A stretch of 64,000 bases of DNA from Comamonadaceae bacterium (lineage in GTDB: Bacteria; Pseudomonadota; Gammaproteobacteria; Burkholderiales; Burkholderiaceae_C): contig JAAFIY010000001.1 of NCBI GenBank assembly GCA_013297985.1, positions 27,954 to 91,953 of the forward strand, written 5' to 3'. The translations under genes were made by a program, and so were the position numbers. Each line of letters opens with the position of its first letter. The stretch's first letter is position 1. This document shows positions 54,003 through 63,875 of this stretch, piece by piece. The notes under the pieces were generated by a model that did no database searches, was not told the origin of the DNA, and saw nothing but the letters and a program-made list of their open reading frames with translations.

Positions 54003-56603
54003 TTAATGCACCGCCCGCTCAAACTTGAAGACGCCGGGCGCGTGCACCGGGTCCACGTCCACCGGAATTACGTCTTTGGGCCCAAAGCGGCCCTGCAGCA
54101 CCAGCTTGGCCAGCGGGTTTTCGATGCGCTGCTGAATGGCGCGCTTCAGGGGCCGTGCACCAAAGGCGGGGTCAAAGCCCACTTTGGCCAACTCGGCCAA
54201 GGCAGCGGGCGACACGTCCAGCGTCAAATCCATGCGGGCCAATCGATCGCTGAGCACTTGCAGTTGGATGTGGGCAATTTGTTCGATGTGCTTGGCATCC
54301 AGCCCGTGGAACACCACCGTCTCATCGATGCGATTGAGCAGTTCTGGACGGAAGTGTTTCTTTAGCTCGCCCCACACTGCTTCTTTGATTTCTTCCGCGT
54401 CGTGGCCCACCATACTTTGGATCAGCGGGCTGCCGATGTTGCTGGTCATCACGATCACCGTGTTCTTGAAATCCACCGTGCGGCCCTGCCCGTCGGTCAG
54501 GCGGCCATCGTCTAGCACCTGCAAGAGGATGTTGAACACATCGGGGTGGGCCTTTTCCACTTCGTCGAGCAAGATCACGCTGTAGGGCTTGCGGCGCACC
54601 GCCTCCGTCAGCGTGCCGCCTTCTTCGTAGCCCACATAGCCGGGCGGCGCACCGATCAAGCGGGCCACGGAATGCTTTTCCATGAACTCGCTCATGTCCA
54701 CCCGCACTAGGTGCTCTTCGCTGTCGAACATGAAGTTGGCCAGCGCCTTGCACAGCTCGGTTTTGCCCACTCCCGTGGGGCCTAAAAACAGAAACGAGCC
54801 GGTGGGCCGATTGGGGTCGCTCAAGCCCGAGCGGCTGCGCCGAATGGCATTGGCCACGGCGCTGATGGCTTCTTCTTGCCCCACCACGCGCTGGTGCAGG
54901 CGCGCTTCCATTTGCAAGAGCTTGTCGCGCTCGCCTTGCATGAGCTTGGCCACGGGAATGCCGGTGGCACGCGCCACCACTTCAGCGATTTCTTCGGCGC
55001 CCACCAGGGTGCGCAGCAGGCGCGGGCCACCGCTGGCAGCCTTGCCCGCTTCGCGGTCTTGGGCTTCTTTGAGCTTTTTCTCAAGCTCGGGCAGGCGGCC
55101 GTATTGCAGCTCAGCCACTTTGTTGAAATCGCCCTTGCGGGTGAAGTCGTCAATCTGGTGGCGCAGGCCTTCAATTTGTTCTTTGACTTGCGCGCTGCCT
55201 TGGGCCTGGGCTTTTTCGGCTTTCCAGATTTCTTCTAAATCAGCCAGCTCGCGCTTGAGCTTGGTGATTTCTTCTTCAAGCAGGGCCAAGCGCTTTTGAC
55301 TGGCCTCGTCGGTTTCACGCCGCACGGCTTCGCGCTCAATTTGCAGCTGAATCAAGCGGCGATCGAGCTTGTCCATCACCTCAGGCTTGGAATCAATCTC
55401 AATCTTGATCTTGGCGGCCGCTTCATCGATCAAATCAATGGCTTTGTCGGGCAAAAAGCGGTCGGTGATGTAGCGGTGGCTGAGCTCTGCCGCGGCCACG
55501 ATGGCCGGGTCAGTGATCTCTACGCCGTGGTGCACTTCGTACTTTTCTTGCAGGCCGCGCAGGATGGCGATGGTGGCTTCTACCGTGGGTTCGTCCACGA
55601 TGATTTTTTGAAAGCGCCGCTCAAGTGCCGCGTCTTTTTCGATGTATTTGCGGTATTCATCCAGCGTGGTGGCGCCCACGCAATGCAGTTCACCCCGAGC
55701 CAAGGCGGGCTTGAGCATATTGCCCGCGTCCATGGCGCCTTCGGCCTTGCCTGCGCCCACCATGGTGTGCAGCTCATCGATGAAGACGATGGTCTGGCCT
55801 TCGTCTTTGGCCAGTTCGCTTAAGACCGTTTTGAGGCGCTCTTCAAACTCGCCGCGAAACTTGGCACCCGCCAGCAGCGCGGCCATGTCCAGGCTCAACA
55901 CCCGCTTGCCTTTCAAGGATTCGGGCACCTCACCGGCCACGATGCGCTGGGCCAGGCCTTCCACAATGGCCGTCTTGCCCACGCCGGGCTCACCAATCAA
56001 AACGGGGTTGTTTTTGGTGCGGCGTTGCAGCACTTGGATGGCGCGGCGGATTTCATCGTCGCGCCCAATCACCGGGTCAAGCTTGCCGATGCGGGCGCGC
56101 TCGGTCAGGTCAATGCAGTATTTGGCCAAGGCTTCGCGCTGGCCCTCGCCGTTGGCGTCATTCATTTTTTGGCCGCCGCGCACCACGTCAATGGTGGCCT
56201 CGAGCGTTTTGCGGCTCAGGCCTGCTTGGCGCACCAAGTCGCCCGCTGGGCCTTTGAGGTCGGTGAGGGCCAGCAAGAACAACTCAGCGCTGATGAAAGC
56301 GTCGCCGCGCTTGATGGCTTCTTTCTCAGTGGCTTGCAGGGCACGCACCAAGTCGGGCCCGGCGCCCACCGCATCGCCACCCTGCACTTGCGGCATGCGG
56401 GCCAGCGCAGCTTCAGTGGCTTGCAGCAAGCCGCCGGCGTTGGCGCCTGCGCGCTCAATCAGCGCCCGCGGGCCGCCGTCTTGTTTGAGCAGCGCCGCCA
56501 GCAAATGCTCGGGCTGGATGTAGGCGTGGTCGGCCCCCAGCGCCAAGGTTTGCGCGTCGGCAAGGGCGAGCTGAAACGGGGTGGTGAACTTGTCTTGGCG
56601 CAT
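54003..56603 (-). CDS. clpB: ATP-dependent chaperone ClpB
   Basis: 866 aa. Two AAA+ modules ([18 protein letters not shown]), a coiled-coil middle domain and an N-terminal Clp repeat. Confidence 0.97.
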   Translation of the reverse strand: MRQDKFTTPFQLALADAQTLALGADHAYIQPEHLLAALLKQDGGPRALIERAGANAGGLLQATEAALARMPQVQGGDAVGAGPDLVRALQATEKEAIKRGDAFISAELFLLALTDLKGPAGDLVRQAGLSRKTLEATIDVVRGGQKMNDANGEGQREALAKYCIDLTERARIGKLDPVIGRDDEIRRAIQVLQRRTKNNPVLIGEPGVGKTAIVEGLAQRIVAGEVPESLKGKRVLSLDMAALLAGAKFRGEFEERLKTVLSELAKDEGQTIVFIDELHTMVGAGKAEGAMDAGNMLKPALARGELHCVGATTLDEYRKYIEKDAALERRFQKIIVDEPTVEATIAILRGLQEKYEVHHGVEITDPAIVAAAELSHRYITDRFLPDKAIDLIDEAAAKIKIEIDSKPEVMDKLDRRLIQLQIEREAVRRETDEASQKRLALLEEEITKLKRELADLEEIWKAEKAQAQGSAQVKEQIEGLRHQIDDFTRKGDFNKVAELQYGRLPELEKKLKEAQDREAGKAASGGPRLLRTLVGAEEIAEVVARATGIPVAKLMQGERDKLLQMEARLHQRVVGQEEAISAVANAIRRSRSGLSDPNRPTGSFLFLGPTGVGKTELCKALANFMFDSEEHLVRVDMSEFMEKHSVARLIGAPPGYVGYEEGGTLTEAVRRKPYSVILLDEVEKAHPDVFNILLQVLDDGRLTDGQGRTVDFKNTVIVMTSNIGSPLIQSMVGHDAEEIKEAVWGELKKHFRPELLNRIDETVVFHGLDAKHIEQIAHIQLQVLSDRLARMDLTLDVSPAALAELAKVGFDPAFGARPLKRAIQQRIENPLAKLVLQGRFGPKDVIPVDVDPVHAPGVFKFERAVH

Positions 56604-56644
56604 GGGCGCAGTCCTTCAAAGGCAAACAACCAACATGGCATGAA

Positions 56645-56673
56645 AACTGCGGCCAATGCCGCCGCATTTCAAG
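56645..56673 (-). promoter_or_regulatory. candidate sigma-32 (RpoH) promoter of clpB
   Basis: Minus strand reads CTTGAAA-N14-CCGCAGTT, versus the consensus CTTGAAA-N13-17-CCCCATNT. It lies about 45 nt upstream of the AAGGA SD. Confidence 0.55.
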
Positions 56674-56735
56674 CGCGGCGGGCGTTTGGCCCCTGCGCTG
56701 GGTCAAGTGGCTGGCGCGTTTCTACAATCAGCCCG

Positions 56736-57524
56736 GTGAAGATTCATCAGTTCTCTGTCAGCTTTGAGGCCGCGCACGACCGGCTGCTGCTGCGCATCAT
56801 CAGCCAAGGCGGCGAAGAGGTGTCGGTGTGGCTCACCCGTCGCCTGCTGCGCCGCGTGCTGCCGGGTTTGAACGAAATGGCCGGTATCGCCGAGACCGCC
56901 CAACAGCCCCAACTGCATGCGCCAGACACCGCCGCGCGCCAATGGGTGGGTGAGCTGGCCCGCTCCAAGCACATCGAGAAGAGCGACTTCAGCACGCCCT
57001 ATGCCGCAGGCCGGGTGGCTGATCGGCCGCTGGGCGCGGCGCCACTGTTGATTACCGACGTCAACCTCAAGCCCCTCACCGACGGGCCCCGCCCGGTGCT
57101 GCGCATTGAGCTGGTCGAGCGGCTCCCCGGCCAGCCCGAGCGCAGCCTGCAGGCCGAAGTGACGCCCAAGGTGCTGCACGGCCTCATCCACGTCATTGAG
57201 CAAGGCGTGGCCCAAACCGACTGGAACCGCTCAGGCCCCGCCATCGTGGCGGTGTCGGCCCAAGCGGTCGCCCCCTATGCGCCCACACCTGGCGCCATCA
57301 CCCCGGCCCGACCCGCGCCCTCGGCCTCTGAAGCGCCTGTTGCTACAGAAAAGATAGCTTCTTCGGCCCAAAAACAGGGCGCAGCAGCCGAAAAAGACGC
57401 TGAGGTTTCCAGCGCCCCAACCCCGAAGCCCGCTGCGCCAGAAGTCGTCAAACATTTGCGCGTGAGCGTACCCACGGCACCGGCTGAGCTGGTGGACTTG
57501 GTGCGGCCAAAGTATCTGAACTAG
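56736..57524 (+). CDS. hypothetical protein (about 170-aa globular N-terminus plus Ala/Pro-rich tail)
   Basis: Host-like GC3-rich codon usage. The only in-frame start outside clpB is GTG 56736. No recognisable motif and no clear SD. Confidence 0.5.
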   Translation: MKIHQFSVSFEAAHDRLLLRIISQGGEEVSVWLTRRLLRRVLPGLNEMAGIAETAQQPQLHAPDTAARQWVGELARSKHIEKSDFSTPYAAGRVADRPLGAAPLLITDVNLKPLTDGPRPVLRIELVERLPGQPERSLQAEVTPKVLHGLIHVIEQGVAQTDWNRSGPAIVAVSAQAVAPYAPTPGAITPARPAPSASEAPVATEKIASSAQKQGAAAEKDAEVSSAPTPKPAAPEVVKHLRVSVPTAPAELVDLVRPKYLN

Positions 57525-57557
57525 CGGCGCCCGCGCCTGCACGGGCGGTGTTGCCGC

Positions 57558-58061
57558 CTAAACCTGCGGCTTGGCCTGCACACCCCAACGCGCCAGCGCT
57601 GCGTCGTCGGCGCTGCGGGCGTCGACCCACTGGGCACCCGCGCTGGTGTGCTCTTTTTTCCAAAACGGCGCTTGGGTTTTGAGGTAGTCCATCAAAAATT
57701 CGCAGGCGGCAAAGCTCATGCCCCGATGGGCTGAAGTGACGGCCACCAGCACGATTTGTTCGAGCCCGGCCAGCGGCCCCACGCGGTGGATGACCGTGGC
57801 GCCGCGAATGTCAAAGCGCTCGGCGGCTTGGTCGATCATGGCGTGGATGGCCGCCTCGGTCATGCCGGGGTAGTGCTCCAACTCCATTTGACTCAAATGC
57901 TGACCCGCCACCACGTCGCGCACCGTGCCTACAAAGCTGCATATGGCGCCCACGCCGCCGTCGCCCGCGCGCAGGGCGGCGACTTCCGTGCTTAAGTCAA
58001 AGTCTTCCGTCTGGATGCGAACGCTGCGGCGCAGCGGTGGCTTGTTCGCTACGGTGTTCAT
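57558..58061 (-). CDS. moaE: molybdopterin synthase catalytic subunit
   Basis: GAICSFVGTVRD....LEHYPGMTE...VLVAVTSAHR. Confidence 0.9.
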   Translation of the reverse strand: MNTVANKPPLRRSVRIQTEDFDLSTEVAALRAGDGGVGAICSFVGTVRDVVAGQHLSQMELEHYPGMTEAAIHAMIDQAAERFDIRGATVIHRVGPLAGLEQIVLVAVTSAHRGMSFAACEFLMDYLKTQAPFWKKEHTSAGAQWVDARSADDAALARWGVQAKPQV

Positions 58062-58067
58062 GCGCGT

Positions 58068-58322
58068 TCAACCACCCGTGACGGGCGGAAAAAAGGCGAC
58101 TTCGGCGCCCTCAGCCAAGGGGGCTGATTCGTCGTCGCACATGCGCTGGTTGAGGCTGGCGCGTACGGCGCGTTCGGGCGCCAAGGCTTGGGCATAGGCG
58201 TCGCCACGGGCGCGCAACTCGGCGCGCAATTCGGCCACGGTTTGGGCGGTGACGTCCAGGCTTTCGCTGCCACGGCCAATGCTTTCGCGCACCGATGCAA
58301 AGTAACGCAAGGTGATCTTCAT
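58068..58322 (-). CDS. moaD: molybdopterin synthase sulfur-carrier subunit
   Basis: 84 aa, ubiquitin-like, ending in FFPPVTGG. Confidence 0.88.
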   Translation of the reverse strand: MKITLRYFASVRESIGRGSESLDVTAQTVAELRAELRARGDAYAQALAPERAVRASLNQRMCDDESAPLAEGAEVAFFPPVTGG

Positions 58323-58326
58323 GGCG

Positions 58327-59610
58327 CTAACTCAACAATTCTGACAAGGCGATGGCCCGCACCGCATCGCCCCGCGCAATGGCTTGGCCGGGCGGGTTGT
58401 CCACCAGCACATCGCCCCAGGCCATGCTGGTGAGCACGCCTGAGCTTTGGTTGGCAAACAAATCCAGGCCACCGCTGGCGTTGCGGCGGGCACGCAGAAA
58501 TTCGCGCCGCTTGTCGGGCTTTGGCCAATCAAAGTCGGCACGCAAAGCGATGCGCGCAACGTCAAGATCGGCAGCGCCTTGCAAGGCCAACACAAAGGGC
58601 CGCACCAGCACGCAAAAGGTAACGAAGCTCGACACCGGGTTACCCGGCAGGCCAATGAAATGGCAGCCACCGTTGGCGGGGCCGGGGCGCGCAATCTGCC
58701 CATAAGCGAAGGGCTTGCCGGGCTTGATGGCAATGCTCCACAAGTCCAGGCTGCCCAGCGCCTGCACGGCGGGCTTGATGTGGTCTTCTTCACCCACCGA
58801 CACGCCGCCGCTGGTCAAGATGAGGTCATGCGCAGCGCTGGCGGCAGCTAGCGCGTCGATGGTGGCCTGGCGCTGGTCGGGCACGATGCCCAGGTCTGTC
58901 ACCACGCAGCCCAGGCGCTGCAGCAGCGTGCGCAAAAAGAAACGGTTGCTGTTGTAGATGGCGCCTGCGGGCATGTCAGCGGGCGCAATGGCCCCGGGCA
59001 TGACGAGTTCATCGCCGGTAGAGAACATCGCCACCCGCACCTGGGGCGCCACCGGCAACGTGGCTGCACCGAGGCTGGCCGCCAGCCCCAGGTGCGCAGG
59101 GCCTAAGCGCTGACCGCGCTGTAGCGCCACTTGGCCTAGCGCCACGTCTTCGCCCGCACGGCGAATCCATTGGCCGGGCTTGGGCACCCTGTGGATTTGT
59201 ACGCGGGGCGGGCTTTCGTCAGGCGCTGACACCACCGTGGTGTCTTCTTGCATCAGCACCGCATCGGCCCCTGCGGGGATAGGCGCACCGGTAAAGATGC
59301 GCGCCACGCTGCCAGCGGCCAGCGGCTGAGCGGCGCTGCCCGCCGGCACGCGCTGCGACTGCGGCAACACCACACCCGCCTGCGGTACATCGGCCACGCG
59401 CAGGGCGTAGCCGTCCATGGCCGAGTTGTGGTGCCCGGGCACATTCAGCGGGCTTGCCAGGTCAGCCGCTAACACCCTGCCGTCCGCATCAAAGGTGCTG
59501 ACGTGCTGCACGCCGGACAAGGGCTGCGCGTGGCGCAGCAATTCGGCCAGCGCGTCGTCTAGGCTGCGCAAGGCAGTCCGTGGCGGATTCGGCGGGGAGG
59601 TGCTGGACAT
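58327..59610 (-). CDS. moeA: molybdopterin molybdotransferase
   Basis: SPLNVPGHHNSAMDGYA...TSGGVSVGEEDH...GLPGNPVSS. ATG 59610 is preferred over TTG 59616. Confidence 0.92.
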   Translation of the reverse strand: MSSTSPPNPPRTALRSLDDALAELLRHAQPLSGVQHVSTFDADGRVLAADLASPLNVPGHHNSAMDGYALRVADVPQAGVVLPQSQRVPAGSAAQPLAAGSVARIFTGAPIPAGADAVLMQEDTTVVSAPDESPPRVQIHRVPKPGQWIRRAGEDVALGQVALQRGQRLGPAHLGLAASLGAATLPVAPQVRVAMFSTGDELVMPGAIAPADMPAGAIYNSNRFFLRTLLQRLGCVVTDLGIVPDQRQATIDALAAASAAHDLILTSGGVSVGEEDHIKPAVQALGSLDLWSIAIKPGKPFAYGQIARPGPANGGCHFIGLPGNPVSSFVTFCVLVRPFVLALQGAADLDVARIALRADFDWPKPDKRREFLRARRNASGGLDLFANQSSGVLTSMAWGDVLVDNPPGQAIARGDAVRAIALSELLS

Positions 59611-59623
59611 GCGCAATGCCTTC

Positions 59624-59688
59624 GCTATGTATTTGATAGCTGTTTAGGCAGTTAAATAGGGCGCAAGCGGCCGATTTGACTCAAAGCC
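59624..59688 (+). repeat. REP-like element copy in the thrC-moeA spacer
   Basis: GCTAT-GTATTTG-ATAGCTGTTTAGGCAGTTAAATAGGGCGCAAGCGGCCGATTTGACTCAAAGCC. Confidence 0.75.
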
Positions 59689-59694
59689 TGTGCG

Positions 59695-61191
59695 TCAGGC
59701 CAGGGCCAAGCGCTCTTGCATCAGCGCCTTGAGCACCGCCACATCGGTGCCGATTTCAGTCACCCTTTTGGGCAAGGCTTCAATGCCTTCAAAGGCAGGT
59801 GGGCGCGGCGGTGGGTGCCCCAAAGCTTCTTCAATGGTGGCCGCAAACTTGATGGGCAAGGCGGTTTCTAGCACCACCATGGGCACATCGGACTGCAGAT
59901 GCTCCAGCGCCACCTTCACGCCGTCGGCAGTGTGGGTGTCGATGATGGTGCCGTGCTGCTGTGCGCAGGTTTGGATGGTGGCCAAGCGGTCGGCATGGGT
60001 GCTGCGGCCGCTGACAAAACCGTAGCGGCTGGCGGCTTGGGCAAAAGCGGGGTCAGCACCCAATTCGAAGCGGCCTTGGGTGGCCAGCGTGGGGCCAAAC
60101 AGCTCGGCCACGCGCTTGGCGTTGCGGCCCAACAGATCAGCCACAAAGCGCTCGAAGTTGCTGGCCTTGCTGATGTCCATTGACGGGCTGGACGTTTCAA
60201 ATGTTTGGCTGCTGGGCCGCACGCGGTAGGTGCCTGTGCGAAAGAATTCGTCCAGCACATCGTTTTCATTGGTGGCCACCACCAATTGCGCCACGGGCAG
60301 GCCCATCATGCGCGCCACATGGCCTGCGCACACATTGCCAAAGTTGCCACTGGGCACCGCAAAACTCACCGGCGTGCCCAGCTGCAAGCCTGCCCCTTTG
60401 ACGGTGCCAAAGTAGCCCGCAAAGTAGTAGACCACTTGCGCCAAGAGCCGCGCCCAGTTGATGCTGTTGACGGTGCCAATCTGCATGCGGCGTTTGAAGT
60501 CCAAATCCGCACTGACGGCCTTGACCATGTCCTGGCAATCGTCAAACACGCCGCGCACCGCCAAGTTATGGATGTTGGCGTCCATCAGGCTGAACATCTG
60601 CGCTTGCTGAAACGGGCTCATGCGGCCAGCGGGGCTGAGCATGAAGACGTTCACCCCGCGCTTGCCGCGCATGGCGTGCTCTGCCGCGCTGCCGGTGTCG
60701 CCACTGGTGGCGCCCAAGATGTTGAGCGTTTGGCCGCGGCGGGCCAGTTCGTATTCAAACAACTGGCCCAGCAACTGCATGGCCATGTCTTTAAAAGCCA
60801 GCGTGGGGCCGTTAGAAAGCTCTTGAATCCACACCGTGGTGGTGCCCCCGCCGGCTGCACCGGTGGTACTGCCACCCGGCAGTTTCGCGTCCTGCAGGCG
60901 TCGCACCGGCGCGATGGCTTCGGTGCCAAACACCGCAGCGGTGTAGGTGCGCTGGCAGATGGCGCGCAAGTCGTCGGCGGGAATGTCGTCGATGAACTTG
61001 GCTAACAGCTCGAACGCCAGCGCGGCATAGCCCTGGGTTTGCCACAGGCTGTGCAGGCGGGCGAGTTCGGCGGCATTGACCTGCGGGTAGTGCTCGGGCA
61101 GGTAAAGACCACCATCGGGCGCCAAGCCCTCTAGCAAGATTTCGCAAAAGCGACGGCGGGTGGGGTCGCCACGGGTGGAGAGGTACAGCAT
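59695..61191 (-). CDS. thrC: threonine synthase
   Basis: MLYLSTRG...GPTLAFKDMAMQ (PLP lysine)...ATSGDTGSAA. ATG 61191. Confidence 0.93.
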   Translation of the reverse strand: MLYLSTRGDPTRRRFCEILLEGLAPDGGLYLPEHYPQVNAAELARLHSLWQTQGYAALAFELLAKFIDDIPADDLRAICQRTYTAAVFGTEAIAPVRRLQDAKLPGGSTTGAAGGGTTTVWIQELSNGPTLAFKDMAMQLLGQLFEYELARRGQTLNILGATSGDTGSAAEHAMRGKRGVNVFMLSPAGRMSPFQQAQMFSLMDANIHNLAVRGVFDDCQDMVKAVSADLDFKRRMQIGTVNSINWARLLAQVVYYFAGYFGTVKGAGLQLGTPVSFAVPSGNFGNVCAGHVARMMGLPVAQLVVATNENDVLDEFFRTGTYRVRPSSQTFETSSPSMDISKASNFERFVADLLGRNAKRVAELFGPTLATQGRFELGADPAFAQAASRYGFVSGRSTHADRLATIQTCAQQHGTIIDTHTADGVKVALEHLQSDVPMVVLETALPIKFAATIEEALGHPPPRPPAFEGIEALPKRVTEIGTDVAVLKALMQERLALA

Positions 61192-61222
61192 GCGAAGGCC
61201 TGACAGGGGCAATCGGCGGCGC

Positions 61223-62593
61223 TCAGGCCAGTTCTTCTTTGCGAATGCGCACGATGGGCAGCAGCACGGTGCTTAAAGCCTGTAGCTGCGCCAGCACTTC
61301 GTTCATGGTGCCTTCGCGGGTGGTGTGGGTGAGGATGATCAAGTCGGTCTGGCCGCCGCGCTCGCCCACCACTTGGTCGGCTTCGCGTTGCAACACCGCG
61401 TCAATGCTGATACCCGCGTTGGCGATGATGCCCGTCACCCGGGCCAGCACGCCCGCCTCATCGGCCACGCGCAGGCGCAGGTAGTAGCTGGTGAGCGTGT
61501 CGGCCATGGGCAGCACCGCCAGTCGGGTGGCATCGATGGCCGCAGGCTGAAACGCCAGCGAGGGCACCCGGTGGGCCGGGTCGGCACTGTGCAGGCGGGC
61601 AATGTCCACCAAATCGGCAATCACCGCGCTGGCGGTGGGCTCAGACCCCGCGCCCTTGCCGTAGTACAGGGTGGTGCCCACGGCGTCGCCGTGCACCATC
61701 ACCGCATTCATGGCGCCTTCGACATTGGCGATCAGGCGTTTGGTGGGCACCAAGCTGGGGTGCACGCGCAGCTCAATGCCTTGTAACGAGGCGTCTTCGC
61801 GCCGCCGGGTAATGCCCAGCAGCTTGATGCGGTAGCCCAGTTGTTCGGCATAGCGGATGTCAGCGGCTTGCAGGCCGGTAATGCCTTCGACATAAGCGCG
61901 GTCAAACTGCACCGGCACACCAAAGGCGATGGCGCTCATCAGCGTGGCTTTGTGGGCGGCGTCTACGCCTTCGATGTCAAAGGTGGGGTCGGCTTCGGCA
62001 TAGCCCAGGCGCTGGGCTTCTTTGAGCACCACGTCAAAGTCCAAGCCTTTGTCGCGCATCTCGCTCAAGATGAAATTGGTGGTGCCGTTGATGATGCCGG
62101 CTACCCACTGGATGCGGTTGGCAGTCAGCCCTTCACGCAGGCTTTTGATGATGGGAATTCCGCCGGCCACGGCAGCTTCAAACGCCACCATCACGCCCTT
62201 GGCGCGGGCTGCTTCAAAAATCTCGCTGCCGTGCACCGCCAGCAAGGCTTTGTTGGCTGTGACCACGTGCTTGCCCGCTGCAATGGCTTCCAGCACCAAC
62301 TGGCGGGCAATGCCGTAGCCGCCGATCAGCTCCACCACGATGTCAATGTCGGGGTTGGCAATGACTGCGCGGGCGTCGGCCACCACTTGCGCTTTGCCGC
62401 CCGTGACAGCGCTGGCGCGGGCGGTGTCTAGGTCAGCCACCATGGCGATTTCAATGGCCACGCCGGCGCGTGCGCGAATCTCGCTTTGGTTGCGCGCCAG
62501 TACCGCGTACACGCCCGAGCCCACCGTGCCCGCGCCCAGCAGGCCCACTTGGATGGCCCGGCCTTTGACGCCCGCTTCAACAACAGCATTCAT
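61223..62593 (-). CDS. hom: homoserine dehydrogenase
   Basis: IQVGLLGAGTVGSG, the NAD fold, and a C-terminal ACT domain. The start is ATG 62593 (alternative GTG 62602). Confidence 0.93.
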   Translation of the reverse strand: MNAVVEAGVKGRAIQVGLLGAGTVGSGVYAVLARNQSEIRARAGVAIEIAMVADLDTARASAVTGGKAQVVADARAVIANPDIDIVVELIGGYGIARQLVLEAIAAGKHVVTANKALLAVHGSEIFEAARAKGVMVAFEAAVAGGIPIIKSLREGLTANRIQWVAGIINGTTNFILSEMRDKGLDFDVVLKEAQRLGYAEADPTFDIEGVDAAHKATLMSAIAFGVPVQFDRAYVEGITGLQAADIRYAEQLGYRIKLLGITRRREDASLQGIELRVHPSLVPTKRLIANVEGAMNAVMVHGDAVGTTLYYGKGAGSEPTASAVIADLVDIARLHSADPAHRVPSLAFQPAAIDATRLAVLPMADTLTSYYLRLRVADEAGVLARVTGIIANAGISIDAVLQREADQVVGERGGQTDLIILTHTTREGTMNEVLAQLQALSTVLLPIVRIRKEELA

Positions 62594-62648
62594 CTCACTC
62601 ACCCATCAAGACATCAAAGAAAAAAAGGCTCTTCGGGCCTACAAACGG

Positions 62649-63875
62649 CTACTTCTTGCTATTATTTCTGTATCGTTCAAGAAACTCGGCAATGCGGCCA
62701 ATGGCCACCCGCAAGTCGTCTTCGTGCGGCAAAAACACAATGCGGAAGTGCTGGTTGTCGGGGTAGTTAAAGCCGCTGCCCTGCACCAGCATCACGCGCG
62801 TCTCGCGCAGCACCTGCATGAAGAATTGGCGGTCGTCATCGATGGGATACACGGCCGGGTCAAGTCGCGCAAACATGTACAGCGCGGCTTGGGGCTTGAC
62901 GCATGTCACACCGGGGATGGCGGTAATTAGCTCGTAAGCCAAATCACGCTGGCGGCGCAGGCGCCCACCATCTTTGACCAAATCTTGAATGCTCTGATAG
63001 CCGCCCAAAGCGGTTTGGATGGCCCACTGGCCTGGCACGTTGCTGCCCAGCTTGATGTTGGCCAGCATGTTCAGGCCTTCAATAAAGTCTTGGGCGATTG
63101 ACTTGGGGCCGCTTAAAAACATCCAGCCCGCGCGATATCCGCAAGACCTGTAGGCCTTGCTCAGACTGTTGAAGGTGAGCGTGATGACATCGGTGCTCAG
63201 GCTGGCCAGCGCAGTGTGGCGCTCACCGTCGTACAGCACCTTGTCGTACACCTCGTCGGCCAGCAGCACCAAGCCATGCTCACGGGCAATTTGCACCAGG
63301 CCGCGCAGCAACTCATCGGAGTACAGCGCGCCAGTGGGGTTGTTGGGGTTGATCACGACGATGCCGCGCGTGCGCGGGGTGATCTTGGCGCGGATGTCGT
63401 CCAGGCTGGGCATCCAGCCTTGCGATTCGTCGCACAAGTAGTGCACCGGTTTGCCGCCCGATAGTGACGTAGCGGCCGTCCAAAGGGGGTAGTCGGGTGC
63501 GGGCACCAGCAGTTCGTCGCCATCATTGAGCAGCGCGTTGCAGGCCATCACGATCAAGTCGCTGGCGCCGTTGCCCAGGTAGATGTCGTCCAGGGTCACG
63601 CCCTTCACGCCCTGCTGCTGGGTGTAGTGCATCACCGCCTTGCGGGCCGCAAAAATGCCTTTGCTGTCGGAGTAACCGGCCGAATCGGGCAGGTTGCGGA
63701 TCATGTCTTGCATGATCTCTTCGGGCGGATCAAAACCAAACGGCGCTAAGTTGCCGATGTTGAGCTTGATGATCTTCTGGCCCTCGTCCTCCATCTGGCG
63801 GGCGGCTTCCACAATGGGGCCGCGCACGTCATAGAGCACATTGGCCAGCTTGGCCGATTTCTGTACGGTCTTCAT
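62649..63875 (-). CDS. PLP-dependent aminotransferase class I/II (AlaA-like)
   Basis: KSAKLANVLYDVRGPIVEAA...IIKLNIGNLAPFGF...SLSKAYRSCGYRAGW (PLP lysine). ATG 63875. Confidence 0.88.
   Translation of the reverse strand: MKTVQKSAKLANVLYDVRGPIVEAARQMEDEGQKIIKLNIGNLAPFGFDPPEEIMQDMIRNLPDSAGYSDSKGIFAARKAVMHYTQQQGVKGVTLDDIYLGNGASDLIVMACNALLNDGDELLVPAPDYPLWTAATSLSGGKPVHYLCDESQGWMPSLDDIRAKITPRTRGIVVINPNNPTGALYSDELLRGLVQIAREHGLVLLADEVYDKVLYDGERHTALASLSTDVITLTFNSLSKAYRSCGYRAGWMFLSGPKSIAQDFIEGLNMLANIKLGSNVPGQWAIQTALGGYQSIQDLVKDGGRLRRQRDLAYELITAIPGVTCVKPQAALYMFARLDPAVYPIDDDRQFFMQVLRETRVMLVQGSGFNYPDNQHFRIVFLPHEDDLRVAIGRIAEFLERYRNNSKK

Noticed and set aside
56025-56735. 5' two-fifths of the 499-aa ORF 56025-57524
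   Set aside because: This part is antisense to the clpB N-terminus. Only the portion from GTG 56736 lies in free space and was kept as a hypothetical CDS.
59617-59694. Moco riboswitch upstream of moeA
   Set aside because: The spacer is only 78 nt and is filled by a REP-like copy. No Moco-motif features were recognised.
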